The translations under genes and the position numbers were made by a program. A stretch of DNA of 64,000 nucleotides from Podarcis muralis (lineage: Eukaryota). The notes under the pieces were generated by a model. The model ran no database searches and had not been told where the DNA came from. It saw nothing but the letters and a program-made list of their open reading frames with translations. The stretch is from the NCBI RefSeq assembly GCF_964188315.1, contig NC_135670.1:4774001-4838000 (forward strand), given 5' to 3'. Below, piece by piece: positions 25,747 through 38,578 of this stretch; position 1 is the stretch's first letter; each line of letters opens with the position of its first letter.

Positions 25747-26489
25747 GCCTAAATGTATATGCAATGGCAAAATGTCTGCATAAATGAATGAATATTGACA
25801 CATCTTACCCTTTAAAAAAATGGAGACGCTGCCTTCCGGTCCAGGCTGAAACTCTGGCAGCAGATTTCCATCCTGATCTATAGGAAGCACAGGAGCTTGC
25901 TTTCTGCTAAGCCAGGCCTATCTAACACAGTGCTGTCTACACTGACTGGCAGCATCTCTCCAGGGTTTCAGGCACAGGACATTACTTTGGCCTGGAGGAT
26001 GCCAAAGATTGAACCCAAAACTTTTCTCTTGCAAATCATGTCTATGGCATTTATTTCCCTTTTGGCAGAAGTGAATGAAATCTGCAGGCAGAGTAGCCCA
26101 TTCCTGCGTTGAGAAAACTTTTCAAACTACAGTCAAATAGATCCAGGAGTTTTTGTGCTTGGTACCTGTAAAAGTAACATTATTTTTGTTATTATTATTA
26201 TTTCTTTGGTGCCAGTAGCTGCAAGTTTAACCAGGTCAGTTAAATCCTAGTCTGGGCTCTACAATAGGCCAAGAGCTTTATCTTTTGGCTAGGCTTCCCT
26301 GGAGATACCCAGGGGCACATTTATCCTCAGTACCCCTCTCCATAGATCAAGAAAGACAGGAGGAAATCAAACGAAAAGCTTGTTCTTTGAGAGCTATATT
26401 TAGGCTGTAGCTGGCTGGCCACCTCTGCAGCTTCAACAGACCACAGACACACAAAATCCCTGGGTGTGGATCTCAGAGGTAACTCTGGT

Positions 26490-26625
26490 TAAGAAAAAAG
26501 CACCCAGCACCCTCCTGACTCAATCTTTCTGCTCTTGTTGGTTTTGACACCCCTGAGCCTATTTTCTTCATCTGCAAAATTGATAAAAACAGGAAATTTT
26601 TGCAGAAGTTTGTGTGGCTTTGGCT
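26490..26625. repeat. Locus-specific block duplicated at 62740-62870
   Basis: Shared CCTGA(C/G)TCAATCTTTCTG..GGTTTTGACACCCC..AAAAACAGGAA..AAGTTTGTGTGGCTTTGGC in direct orientation. Confidence 0.8.
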
Positions 26626-28779
26626 TCGATGCTGTTTGTAACGGTAATGAAATGTTGGTAGTCTGACTGGGCAGGAAGGACCCCTCGTAGCTCAAAATGG
26701 CCTGCTAAGTCAACCTGAATTGTTGAATTGTTTTCCCTGCTCCGCCAGGGGGGAAAACATTCTGCCTCTCTCATAAACAATACCTAGGAGAGAGAAACGG
26801 GGGAGAAACTTGACCCAGTTTGCATTTAAAGTGGAACCGAACTAATTTGCACTTCCCAAAGCAATCTGCAAACTGCACCTAGCCATCGTCTGAAATTTGC
26901 ATTTGCACTCTAATTTTCCAATGCGGTTCTCTTCTCATGTAACGTGTGCAAAATAAAAAAAAATTAACATACATGTATTAGGGTAACCTGCGCAGGAAAC
27001 TAATTCTGAAATAGTGTTCCAGGGTCGAGGGGGAGTTAATTCATATTTATACTTAATATTAATTTTGCAAAGCAGTTTCTTATGGAGAGAAATTAATATT
27101 CATTTGGTTTGAAAATTAAAAAGATAAAAAAAAGCATAAAAATGAGGCTATTACTGAAAGGTTTGTTTTATTGATTGATTTCATAAAACTTCTGTGCCTG
27201 TTTGATTGTAAAGAACCTCAAAGCAGTTTACAAAAAGAATAACAATAAAAAAGTGTGAGTAAAAACAGCTAAAAACATTACTTGAAACATTCAAAAAGAT
27301 TAAAATCAGACTGAAACACACATTCCCTGTTTAGGGAAGTTTTTAATGTTTAATGCTGTACAGTATTGTGTTTTTAATATTTGGTTGGGAGCCGCCGAGA
27401 GTGGCTGGGGAAACCCAGCCAGATGGGTGGGGTATAAATAATAAATCATCAACATCATTCTACAAATTCAGAATGAGTATTCCGTAGCAATCACATTGCA
27501 GTATATTGCTTTGTAAAAAATAATTATGTGCATATTAGGCAAAATTGCATTCTAACCTATGTATATTAGGATAAATTTGCACCAAAATGCTGATTTATTT
27601 TCAAGACTCTCAATCTGATGTGGAAATTTAGAGAAGTGGGAACTGAAGATTGAGAAAGGGATAAACTGAGAGAAACACAAATTAAAGGAGTCTCCCTTCC
27701 TCAATGGCACATAAAACTGGGCTATTGGAATATGCTGCAGGCTGCAGCCCTTACAAAAATTTCCCTGGGTGTCCATCATTCAGAATGATTTCTCTTTTTT
27801 ACAATCAATTTTATTAAAGGTTTTCCAACATGTTATACAATTAAAAACAAACTGATCAAGAAAGAAATAATAGAGAACAATGCATAAAAAAAGGAAAGAA
27901 GGAAAAAGAGAAAAATAAGAAAATAAAATAGTAAAAACCACCATAATAGTAATGATCCTAATAAAACACATTTTATATTTTTTACAATTTTATTAAAGGT
28001 TTCCCAACATGTTATACAATAAGAAGCAAACTAATCTAGAAAGAAATAATAGAGAACAGGTTAGCAAAGGGTATTAAATTCAGGAATCTCTTTTTCTACT
28101 TCTCCACCTTCCTTCTGTAGACTCCATGTTTCTTCTTAGCTGCTGTGACCTATTCAGCTTGGAACAGAAAACAGAAAGGTCAAAAGGCAGATTCCAGAGG
28201 GATGCTTTGTTAGGGACGAAGGACGAGAAATCACCTGGAGAGGTTTAGAGTGGTTCTTGAGATAATAATAATAATTTAATAATTTATTATTTATAACCCC
28301 CCCCCCCCATGTTGGGGGACCCGGACCGCTTTGGACATACAGTGGTACCTTGATTGTCAAACTTAATCCATTCTGGGAGTCCGTTCGACTCCTGAAACCG
28401 TTCGAAAACCAAGGTGCAGCTTCCTGCACTCAACCGGAAGCTGCGTTGGACGTTCCAAAAAACGTTCGCAAACCGGAACACTCACTTCCGGGTTTGCGGC
28501 GTTCGGGAGCTGATTTGTTTGACAACTAAGCCATTCGGGAACCAAGGTACCGCTGTACTTCAGATCCAAGTTGTTTCTTTGTTTGCAACTCCCCACTCCT
28601 GCAAAAAACACACCCCCAAACTCCATTTTAGCCTGACTGATGTCAAATCTCTGACCGGGACAGAGAGTTGGAAGTTCCTGCAACAATAGGAGGGGGGGGG
28701 GGTCAGATCTAAGACCCTATTTGCTAATGCTGCACATCTGGGACCAGAGTATTGCAACCTTAGCTGTCTTCCCCCCTCC

Positions 28780-29147
28780 TCTCCCATGTCAGCCAGTGAA
28801 GAGAAAGAAACGGCCTTGGTCCAGTACATCTGAAGGAGCATCTCCACCCCCATCGTTCTACCCGGACACTGAGGTCCAGCTCCGAGGACCTTCTGGCGGT
28901 TCCCTCACTGCGAGAAGCCAAGTTACAGGGAACCAGGCAGAGGGCCTTCTCAGTAGTGGCGCCCACCCTGTGGAACACCCTCCCACCAGATGTCAAAGAG
29001 AACAACAACTACCAGGCTTTTAGAAGACATCTGAAGGCTGCCCTGTTTTGGGAAGCTTTTAATGTTTGATGTATTATAGTATTTTAATATTCTTTTGGAA
29101 GCCGCCCAGAGTGGCTGGGGAAGCCCAGCCAGATGGGCGGGGTTTAA

Positions 29148-29185
<38 letters not shown>
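28780..29185 (+). mobile_element. L2/CR1-clade LINE 3' fragment with (TTA)n tail
   Basis: Homologous to 2040-2480 in reverse orientation. Confidence 0.8.
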
Positions 29186-29186
<1 letters not shown>

Positions 29187-29239
29187 TAACCCACTGAATT
29201 CTATGGGGTTCACCTGCCCTTCTCCCCACCAGCAGTTTC

Positions 29240-32200
29240 CTATAGGGTCTCCCTCTTTGATCCTTGGTTTGCTGGTGATTCTGTGTTCCCAGGGAGGCAT
29301 AGAAAGGCTTCGATGGGCTGGGTTCAATGCAGCCCTGCTTTTTCTTTTCCTTTTCCTTTTTAAAATTAATTTTTAATTTTTTTTACCAACAACCAAAACA
29401 CAAACAGTGAAAGCCCAACAGGCGGCTGATACATTGGGTATACATAATCAATAATAACATATTCAAATCAACCATATGTTCAATTCTATATATATTAACA
29501 CTCCTCCCTCCACAAGGTTTATTTAACTTTTAACATTTTAATTGCCCCAAATTGTTCAAACCTGCCCAAATAATCCAATAGCGTCTCAAACCAATCCTCC
29601 TTCTCACTGACCTTATACCCTTTCATTTTGTGTATCTTCACAGTTAGATATTCTAAAATTATAATATTTTTCGGTTTCCCCCTCCATTGGTTCAACCCTA
29701 GCTCTTCTGCATTTTCCCAATTACTCGCTATCCTGCTTGCAAACACATAATTACCTCTGCCCAAACGCTTTCTGAAGCAGAGGACCAGCGGTGGGATCCA
29801 CAGGATGATGACCAAGCAGGGAACTCTATAATACAATGTAAGGAAGCAGGTTCCTGCTAAAAGAAGAACACAGAGAAACAGCAGTGTTAAGCCGAGTAAC
29901 CCATGGACCCAGGTTCTCACTGAGACTGGTAGGGCGGAAGGCAGGGAGGCCACCAGCAGGTGGCGCCAGAGCCAGTGGCAATCAGAGCCAACTAATCCCA
30001 GCTTTGCCTCCACCTTCCTCTTCCCTCCTGAGTTCCATAATGGCAACCCCGAGTCCACTTATAGTCCCTGCCACAATTTGCAGTGAGGGAACACCTAGAA
30101 GGGCTCTCTTTGTGGCCCTGACTCTGGAACAGTCTCCCCCATAGACTTCTGCCTGTCTCGCACCTTGCTGGTCTTCAGATGTCAGCGTGAACGACATTTC
30201 TAACACATCCAAACTTGCACAGTTTGAGATTATGAGATGTTTAGCCATCGGTAGCAATGTGAATCAGTGGTTTTCTTTTTTTAACGATTAGTCTGAATAT
30301 GCTTTTTATTTTATTTTCAGTATTTGGTTTTTAGTATATTGTTGTGACAATGCCACCCCCCCCCCCCCAGCTATTCTGGAGGAAGGGTGATTTGTAAGTA
30401 ACATAAATAAAATAAAGATATAGGTTGGTGTCTCTTGGCAGCTTGAGATGGAGGGTAGCGCTGGGGTCTTAGGGGGATTGTGGATTACTTAATTTCCTTT
30501 AAAATGGTGTGTGTGTGTGTAAGCCATCTGTCTTGTATTTGGGGACCCCTTCACAGACCGCAGAGGCGCCTAGACTTGTGCCTCACATTCTTGCCCTGAC
30601 GGCACTGCTAGAAGCTCTACGCTATCTTCAAATTCTAACCATAAAAGGGTGTGCTTGTGTAGCACAACATGCCCTGGAAAATGGTCTGGAATAGCTATAT
30701 TACAGTGGTACCTCAGGTTAAGAACTTAATTCGTTCCGGAGGTCAGTTCCTAACCTGAAACTGTTCTTAACCTGAGGTACCACTTTAGCTAATGGGGTCT
30801 TGCGCCACTGCTGCTCGGCTACTGCGCAATTTCTGTTCTCATCCTGAAGCAAAGTTCTTAACCTGAAGCACTACTTCTGGGTTAGGGGAGTCTGTAACCT
30901 GAAGCATCTGTAACCTGAAGCTTATGTAACTCGAGGTACCACTGTATATGCAAACTGAGCATGAAGCGGAGGGGCTGGCAACATTAACACCCCAAAAGAT
31001 ATTGCTGCTCCGTTATTCACCCTTTGGATCCAATGCAGAGCAGGTAAGTCTTTGTATCGCCAGCTTCCAGCCTGATTTCTACTCAGCTTTCCAAACCACT
31101 CTCTTTCTTGCAATGGTTCACCTATCTAGCAGCCAGGTGAGGGGATGGGAAGGCACATTCACTCATTCTATGGCACAGAGCAAATTATTTGGTTACGCTA
31201 ATCGTGGTGTGAGCCACAACCACTGCCCAGACAAAGGGACTGGTTTGAAAAACTTGCTCTCATCACTTCTATGACCCAAAGTGCAGGAACCCAAGAATTG
31301 GAAGGGACTCATGGCATCATGCAGTCTGACCCCACAAACTCACAACATCACTCTACCTGCCGACACTGTGTTCAAAGGGACCACTGCACTGATATTTCTT
31401 TTCTCCTGGTCTGAACAGGAATAAGCCACCCCTTGGCTCCATCTCTCTTGAGGAATCAGTTTCAGACTCCAAATGGTGAAGTCTCCTTCCCCATCGATCA
31501 TGTAACCATCCTTCTGGTCCTCAGAGGTTTCCCCACCAATATCCCAGGAGAAAGTATCCTCATCAGGGTTTGCGTCAGTCAGGAGGCAGAGGAGGGGGAC
31601 GTGGTGGGAGAGCTCCGTGTCTTCTGCAGCGGAAGGAGCAAGGAGGGAAAGTCTTGGCCCAGAAGTTCCTAGGAGAGAAGGAGAATCGCATGAAATGGCT
31701 CATCAGATCTTTAATTAATCCCTCTCATAGGTTTCACAAGGGTGACATGGCTCCTCAACAAACTAGACCCAATAAACAGCCATCCCAATGACCGTTGCAG
31801 TAGTTAGAGTGTTGGACTAGGGCCTGGAAGAGACCTGGGTTCAAATCCCCATTCAGGAAGCTCGCTTTGGGCTGGTCTCAGCCTAGCCTCCCTCACAGGT
31901 TGCTGTGGGGATCAGTGAGGAGCAGCTGAACCAAGTGCAATACCTGGAGCTCCTTGGAGAAAAAAGGGTAAATGCAATAATAAATAAATAAAACAAATGC
32001 TACAGACCCTAAATTAAATCTAAGCCATAGTTGCTTAAACCTAGCCCTCCCAATATCTACTAGTAGTATAGTCGTACCTTGGTTTTCGAACAGCTTTGTT
32101 CTCGAATGTTTTGGCTCCTGAATGCCGCAAACCCAGAAGTGACTGTTCCGGTTTTCAAACATTCTTCGGAACCCGAATGTCTGACGGGTGTTCCGCGGCT

Positions 32201-35200
32201 TCCGAACCTGAGCTTCCTGCAGCCAATCAGAAGCTGCACTTTGGTTTCTGAACGTTTTGGAAGACGAACGGACTTCTGGAACGGAGTCTGTTCGACTTCC
32301 AAGGTACGACTGCATTAGTATTAACAAAAGCTAAAAACAAAAAAGGCAAGAGAGCTTGTTTAAAGAAGTGGAAGCTTCGTCCAGACATGGATTGGAGCAG
32401 GGTAGAGAGAGACCCACAAAGCAAAATTAACAGAAGATAAGTTTTGGGGAGCAGAATGCTTAACAGATTAGGACAAACAAATAAAAATGTCTTTAAATAT
32501 ATCTGCGGCAGGAAGCCAGGCAGGCAGGCAGGTGCGGCAGATAACAAAGCTGTGAAAGGGTTAACTAAAAGGTGTTGGGGAGATTGCAAAGAAACTCAAT
32601 TATTTTGTGGGCCTTCACTTGAGGAGATATTGGGCAGTTATATGTGTGCTGTTCTTTGAAACTTGCTAGCGGCCTATGGCAGGTTTGCAAGTGGACTGGG
32701 TGTATATTAAATAAGCAACAAGAGCATTTGACATCTGCTGAGCCACTCACCTAAGACGATCAGCCTCACCCCACTCAGGAAGGTGAATTTCTGATGCATA
32801 GCTCCAGCACAGTAATACACCCCAGAATCTCTTCCCTGGACATTGTGTCGGGTCAGATTCACTTGGCTTGGGGTTTTTGCTCCTGGTTTTTGAGTGGTAT
32901 AAATGTCTGCAATCTTACGCAGTCCCCCTTCCTGTTCCTCTTTGTACCAGCTCACTACCGACATAAAAGTTTCTTCTGGAATGTTGCAGCTGATGTTGAC
33001 AGTGGCGCCAGGAGGTGCTGAGATCCTTGCCAGCCTCTGCGGGAATTCGGTGATCCCCTGTGATCCAGCAGCTGCAGCAGGGAAGCAAAGGGATGTGTGG
33101 TTGGTCCCATTTGGTTGGTCCCACTAAACTGAAAACCAAGATGACCACCCCATAAAACATTTCTTTTAAAATAGAGTGCATATGACAGACCTGTTTGCCA
33201 CTTCCCCCTTTCCCTGCCCCTGTCTGGATTGTTACTTGATGGGGGGGGTAGGATACAGAAGGATTACTAAATCTTAAGAAAAATATGCACACACACAAAT
33301 AATGACATGTTGAATTTTTCAACTTTCAACTTCGAAAAATGAGGGGTGCTGAAAAGTTGTAACATAACTTGAGAATTCAAAAGATATTTAGGTTAAATTA
33401 ATATAATTTAGTTTTGCTTGGTAAGTAAAATAATTGCCATGCACTTGCAGTTATATTTATTATTATTAATTATTCCCTGCTGCTGCTGCTGCTAATTCAG
33501 CATTACTTGACATTTTCAGAAGGAAAAATTAATGTTATCTGGTTTTCTGAAAGCAGTTTATGTGCTTCTTCATCAAACGTAGCCTTACCAAGCTAAATGT
33601 TGTTGGTCACAAAATAATGGCAGATTTGAATTCCCCACACACCAAAACATAGTTTGCAAAATTTATGTTTTACCCCCTAAAATGAGATGCACTGCGAGTG
33701 TCACCTGGCATCAAAAATTTTACGTTACATAATTAGAAACTACTGTAATTCCAGGCAGATTTCTTGTGGGGAGCAACTGCCCTGCCAAACAAGTGTGCTT
33801 AAGAAACTTTATAAACTGAGAGCTGCAAAAAGAAAACCAACCTCCTTTTTGCTCCTTAGGGAAGGAGACATGTCAATCAAGTTCCTAAACCAGGTTCCAA
33901 ATAAGAAACTTCAAATATTTATTCAATGTGTGCAGAGATAAATATGCTTTACTGATTACTGAAACTGAATCAGTAGATTGTACTATATAGAATTAAATAT
34001 GTGTTTCTTTTTGCCAAGTTAAAAGAAATGGCACTCATCGTTTAATTGAAGCACTATTGTCTTGCTATTTGTCAAGACTCTGCTGAAGATTTGGGAGAGA
34101 AGTTTGTTGAGCTTTCATTTTAATGGGAACCAACCTAATTTGTGCTTCCTGAAAACATAAACAGATTGAAACACAGCATTCCTACAAAATTCACATTACT
34201 CTGAATATTTCAGGGTAGTTCTCCAACCAAAAAGTGTGCAGGTATACGTGAAAACAATGAAAACAAAGCTACGTTATGTTATGGGAAATTGCTTGCAAAA
34301 ATGCACATGTTTTGCAAAATTGTTCACAAATACACATGTGTTATACAACCGGCATTGGTATTATTAATTCACATCACAAATTTTGGTCTATGGGTCTTTG
34401 GCGACAGTCAGTTTCATGCATTTTAAGGGCAGTGCTTATTCTTTAACCATGACTTGAGGCATCCAAGCAAAGCTTTACTTAATGCCCTAGGTAAGGTGGA
34501 ATATTTGTAGCACACTATCTTTTTTTGCTTTAAAAATGGGAATGCAAGAACACAAATATTCTGATTTGAATAAGCTCTAAAAGAAATTAAGCTATAATGA
34601 TTTGGACTGCAGGTATTCAAGGGTTTTGCAAACTGTACTTCTTGAAAAGACTTTTCATAAAGTGAAAATATCTAAACAGNNNNNNNNNNNNNNNNNNNNN
34701 NNNNNNNNNNNNNNNNNNNNNNNNNNNNNNNNNNNNNNNNNNNNNNNNNNNNNNNNNNNNNNNNNNNNNNNNNNNNNNNNNNNNNNNNNNNNNNNNNNNN
34801 NNNNNNNNNNNNNNNNNNNNNNNNNNNNNNNNNNNNNNNNNNNNNNNNNNNNNNNNNNNNNNNNNNNNNNNNNNNNNNNNNNNNNNNNNNNNNNNNNNNN
34901 NNNNNNNNNNNNNNNNNNNNNNNNNNNNNNNNNNNNNNNNNNNNNNNNNNNNNNNNNNNNNNNNNNNNNNNNNNNNNNNNNNNNNNNNNNNNNNNNNNNN
35001 NNNNNNNNNNNNNNNNNNNNNNNNNNNNNNNNNNNNNNNNNNNNNNNNNNNNNNNNNNNTTAATTCTTACATAAATACTGAGGCACATGCTTGTTCGGTA
35101 CTTTTATATGTAAATGTCTGGCTCATGTAAGCCTTTGCAGTACATTTATTCTTAAACAATGATATAACGCACAGGTGGATAATACTTTTATTTTTATATA

Positions 35201-35346
35201 TCTTTATTATTTGCAAAGGGAATCTTTGCATTGTACTTTTGTCCTCCCAGCCCTTTGTGGTTTACATTTTTTATTCTTTGTTTTCTCTTTTTTGTTATCT
35301 TTGCACTTTTTTGGTTAACCAATAACATATCATGATAGACAGATCT

Positions 35347-35392
<46 letters not shown>

Positions 35393-35779
35393 GATAGAAA
35401 GATATAACATGTTCAAAAAATATACATTTACGCAAGCCGCATTAGATATAACAAACTATGAATATTGAAATGATTTTTCTGAAAACTATAGGAGACATTT
35501 TTGTTTTTACAAGTTTCCCTGCCTGGGTGAAAGCCTCTCCCTGCCTTAGGGGTTATTCTGTCTTGTTTTTAAACCTAATTTTATTGTGTGTACTGTTTTA
35601 AAAACTAATTCTACTTGTTTTTATGTAAATCACATAAAACGCCTGCTGTTTCTTGAGGTTTTGCTGAACATAAGCAATGGATGTGAGAAGAAACTTTTAA
35701 AGAGATCCTATTTAAAAAGCAAAAAATTGTACATACTATGCAGAAGGAGCAGAATCATCGCTGCAAAATGCAAGACCAT
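29240..35779 (-). CDS. Gene D: non-rearranging VJ-C1 IgSF receptor, type-2 chain, TM Arg, short tail; 3' end uncertain
   Basis: Leader 35779-35737 (MVLHFAAMILLLLH); V 33071-32751 (NISC..VSWYK..DSGVYYCAGAMHQKFTFLSGVRLIVL); C1 31668-31357 (PLLCLL..FSW..AYSC); CP/TM 29856-29755 (AGTCFLTLYYRVPCLVIILWIPPLVLCFRKR); probable last exon 29280-29240 (ESPANQGSKRETL*). Intron 1 spans the assembly gap. Confidence 0.82.
29340..29730 (-). mobile_element. L1-like 3' fragment filling the intron after the gene D TM exon
   Basis: Near-identical to 7315-7690; starts about 25 nt after the donor at 29754. Confidence 0.8.
29953..29966 (+). promoter_or_regulatory. CTCF-like motif
   Basis: CCAGCAGGTGGCGC matches the core consensus CCASYAGRKGGCRS at 14/14. 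Confidence 0.5.
30703..30944. mobile_element. Tigger-like MITE
   Basis: CAGTGGTACCTC...GAGGTACCACTG; TA TSD. Confidence 0.85.
34361..34597. repeat. Intron-1 block shared by genes D and E (paralog 51291-51531)
   Basis: Highly similar ~235-bp segments at equivalent intronic positions. Confidence 0.85.
34680..35059. other. Assembly gap (380 N)
   Basis: Run of n within gene D intron 1. Confidence 1.
35345..35395. repeat. (GATA)n microsatellite
   Basis: Direct reading. Other microsatellites: (TG)n ~1773-1793, (CA)n ~21190-21225 and ~38288-38313, (GAT)n(AAT)n ~47282-47343. Confidence 0.95.
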
Positions 35780-37544
35780 CTCAGAGGCTCCTTCACCTTC
35801 TGAACTGTGAAGCAGATCTGGTCATTATCAGGGTGGGTTCCTGGTGCTTCTGATGCCTTTTTCATTTCCTGCTGACAGAGGCTCTACAGAAGCTTCTTTT
35901 CAAAAACACACACAAGCAGAGGTTGCTTATAAAGGCACGAGCAACTCCCACCAGCTGCTTTAATTTAAAAATACCGGTAATAATAAATTTTTATTTAGAC
36001 CCCACCCTTCCCAGTTCAAAAACCGGGCTCAAGGTAGCTAACAACAAATTTAAAACACTTACCATATTTTTCGCCCCATAGGACACACCGCCCCCATAGG
36101 ACGCACCTAGTTTTTTTTTGGGGGGGGGGAATAAAGAAAAAAAAAATTAAAGTACAGGTATAAATATGAAGAAGATCTGCAGAAGGGACATGGAAGAGAC
36201 TTAAGGGCCTCGGACATAAGGTTACCAGGTTAATGAACTAGATGGATGGGATAGAAAGGACTGACAAAACCCGGGACCAGGTGGAAGAGACGTTGGATGA
36301 AGTTTGGAAGAAAGTTTTAATTTTTTTTATTTAGGAATGTTTTGTAAAATTAATGAGTATTAGAAAAATGTTGGAATGAAATTAGTTGGCTTTAGCAGAA
36401 ATGTTAAAAAAGATTTATGTAAGAATATGTTACGGTTATGAGAAATGGGTATAAATAAGATTTAAGTCTTAAGTTTTAGGGTTTTTCATGGTAAAATAAG
36501 GTTAAAGCAAATTAAGGTAATTTAATGACAGAATATTATGAAAAATGGAAAGGATTTGCTGTGATAATTTATAACTAGAATACAAAAAAGGGAGGTGTGA
36601 GGAGGTCGATGAAATAAGGTAATGATAGTTAAGGATTAGGGAATATTGGATCTGTTTTTAAACTTTTCTCTTTTTTTCCTTTTTTTCTCTTTTGGCTCAT
36701 TTTTGCTTTTTGCTTTTGATGTGATATTTGTTTTTGTTTTTTGACTTTGACTTTTATTGATTTGTATTCTTGAATTATTTGTTCTTTCCTTGTTCTTTCC
36801 TTCTTTTTCTCTTGGTTTTTTTTTGTAATTTTAAAATTCTCAATAAATATCATTTTAAAAAAAATAAAGAAAAAAATATTCCCCCCCCCGAGCTTCCCCC
36901 CCCCAACCCAGCCCCCAGAACAGCCTGCTATCCGCAAGCCTATGGAGCCGCGCTGGTCTCCCCAGGCTTGCGGAGAGCTGCACGAAGCCTGGGCGCGCTC
37001 TTCTGCACGCCCCAGGCTTCGGAATGCAGGCAGCTCTGCGCAACCTTTGGGAGCCCGGCGTGACTTCGCACCGGGCTCCAGAGGGTTGTGCGGAGCTGTG
37101 CGAAGCCCAGGAGTGCAGGCAGCTCTGCGCAACCCTCCGGAGCCCGGTGCGGCTTCGCGCCAGGCTCCCGAGGGTTGCGCAGAGCTTCCTGAAGCCTGGA
37201 GAGCGAGAGGGGTTGGTGCGCACCGACCCCTCTCGCTCTCCAGGCTTCAGCGAAAGCCTGTATTCGCCCCATAGGATGCACACACATTTCCCCTTCATTT
37301 TTGTAGGGGAAAAGGTGCGTCCTATAGGGCGAAAAATACGGTAATTATAAAAGCAGCATAAAATACGATATAAAAACATGAATAACAATAAAAATCAAAA
37401 ATCAATTAGATAATCCCCAGGGCTAGCTGGCTGAGTTGGTCCTACTTGGGCCAGCGAGGAGGCCAGAGGAGAATTAGCTGTGGGATCCCAGAGCGGGTAA
37501 TCTTCATAAAAGGGGGAAGGGGAGGGAAGGGAAGGGAAATGAAA

Positions 37545-37855
37545 GATCAGGCTGAATTCAAATTAAAGGCCAGGCGGAATAGCTCTGTCTTACAGGCCTG
37601 ATGAAAGGAGGTTAAATCCTGAAGGGCCCTAGTCTCATGGGACAGAGCATTCCACCAGGTCGGGGCCATCACTGAGAAGGCCCTGGCCCTGGTGGAGGAC
37701 AGTCTGACTTCCTTAGGGCCTGGGACCTCTAAACTATGGTTATTCATGGATCTTAAGGTCCTCTGTGGGCCAGACCAGGAGAGGCGGTTCCATAGGTACA
37801 AGGGCCCTAAGCCACAAAGGGCTTTAAAGGTCAAGACCAGCACCTTGAACCTGAC
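37545..37855 (-). mobile_element. L2/CR1-clade LINE fragment
   Basis: LVLTFKAL.GLGP.YL..RARAFSV.APTWWNAL. Confidence 0.75.
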
Positions 37856-37863
37856 CCTATACT

Positions 37864-38043
37864 CAGTGGCGTAGCGTGGGTTGTCAGCACCCGGGGCAAG
37901 GCAAGTAATTTGCGCCCCCTAACCCGTGGATTTGCGCCCCCTAACCCGTGGATTTGCGCCCCCTAACCTGTGGATTTGCCCTAACCCCAGATGTTGCGCC
38001 CGGTGCGGCCGGCCCCCCCTGCACCCCCCACGCTACGCCACTG
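37864..38043. mobile_element. hAT MITE (CAGTGGCGTAGC TIR)
   Basis: TIRs CAGTGGCGTAGCGTGGG / CCCACGCTACGCCACTG; perfect 8-bp TSD CCTATACT. Confidence 0.9.
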
Positions 38044-38467
38044 CCTATACTCCACCAGGAACTTTGCAAGTTCTGGGACTCAGAGAATGCCATGCAGGAT
38101 GTGCAGTTGCCCAGGAATCAATAGGTGGGAAACCAGATCCCTTCTCAACTCATTGTGAAAATATGGCGAACAGTCACTAACAAACTGGCGTCCCCAAACA
38201 GCTGACAGGCAATCTTCCCTCCAGACTAGGCACCCAAATTCTGAAACCATCAGGGTGACTTGACTACTGAACAAACTTGAAGCAGAACACACACACACAC
38301 ACACACACACACATATCTGGAAAGCTGCATAGAAGCAAGAGATTTGGAAAACCTAAAACTGTGCTGGAAAAAGGTCAGTGATCTGTTGACCTGCAAAGGA
38401 TTCAAAGGTGAATTAGTGAGACAGCCCCCACCACTGACTTTTCTCTGTGCTGCCCATTAAGATATTT

Positions 38468-38549
38468 CAACGCCCACATGGAAGTGGTTTTTCTGCAAGA
38501 AGCCAGCGCCACATTAGATTTTTTTTCCACTAAAGCTGCTGCACATTCG
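38468..38549 (+). promoter_or_regulatory. Conserved proximal promoter/5' UTR of type-1 gene B
   Basis: Same block as in A and C; contains GGAAGT (Ets-like). Confidence 0.55.
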
Positions 38550-38578
38550 ATGTGGGCTTTGGGCTTCCGGCTGCTGCA

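Noticed and set aside
28083-28170. Possible decayed ITSM exon of gene D
   Set aside because: Similarity to the E last exon is weak by eye and has no Tyr motif; it needs a formal alignment.
34602-35088. ORFs spanning the N run
   Set aside because: Artefacts of the assembly gap.
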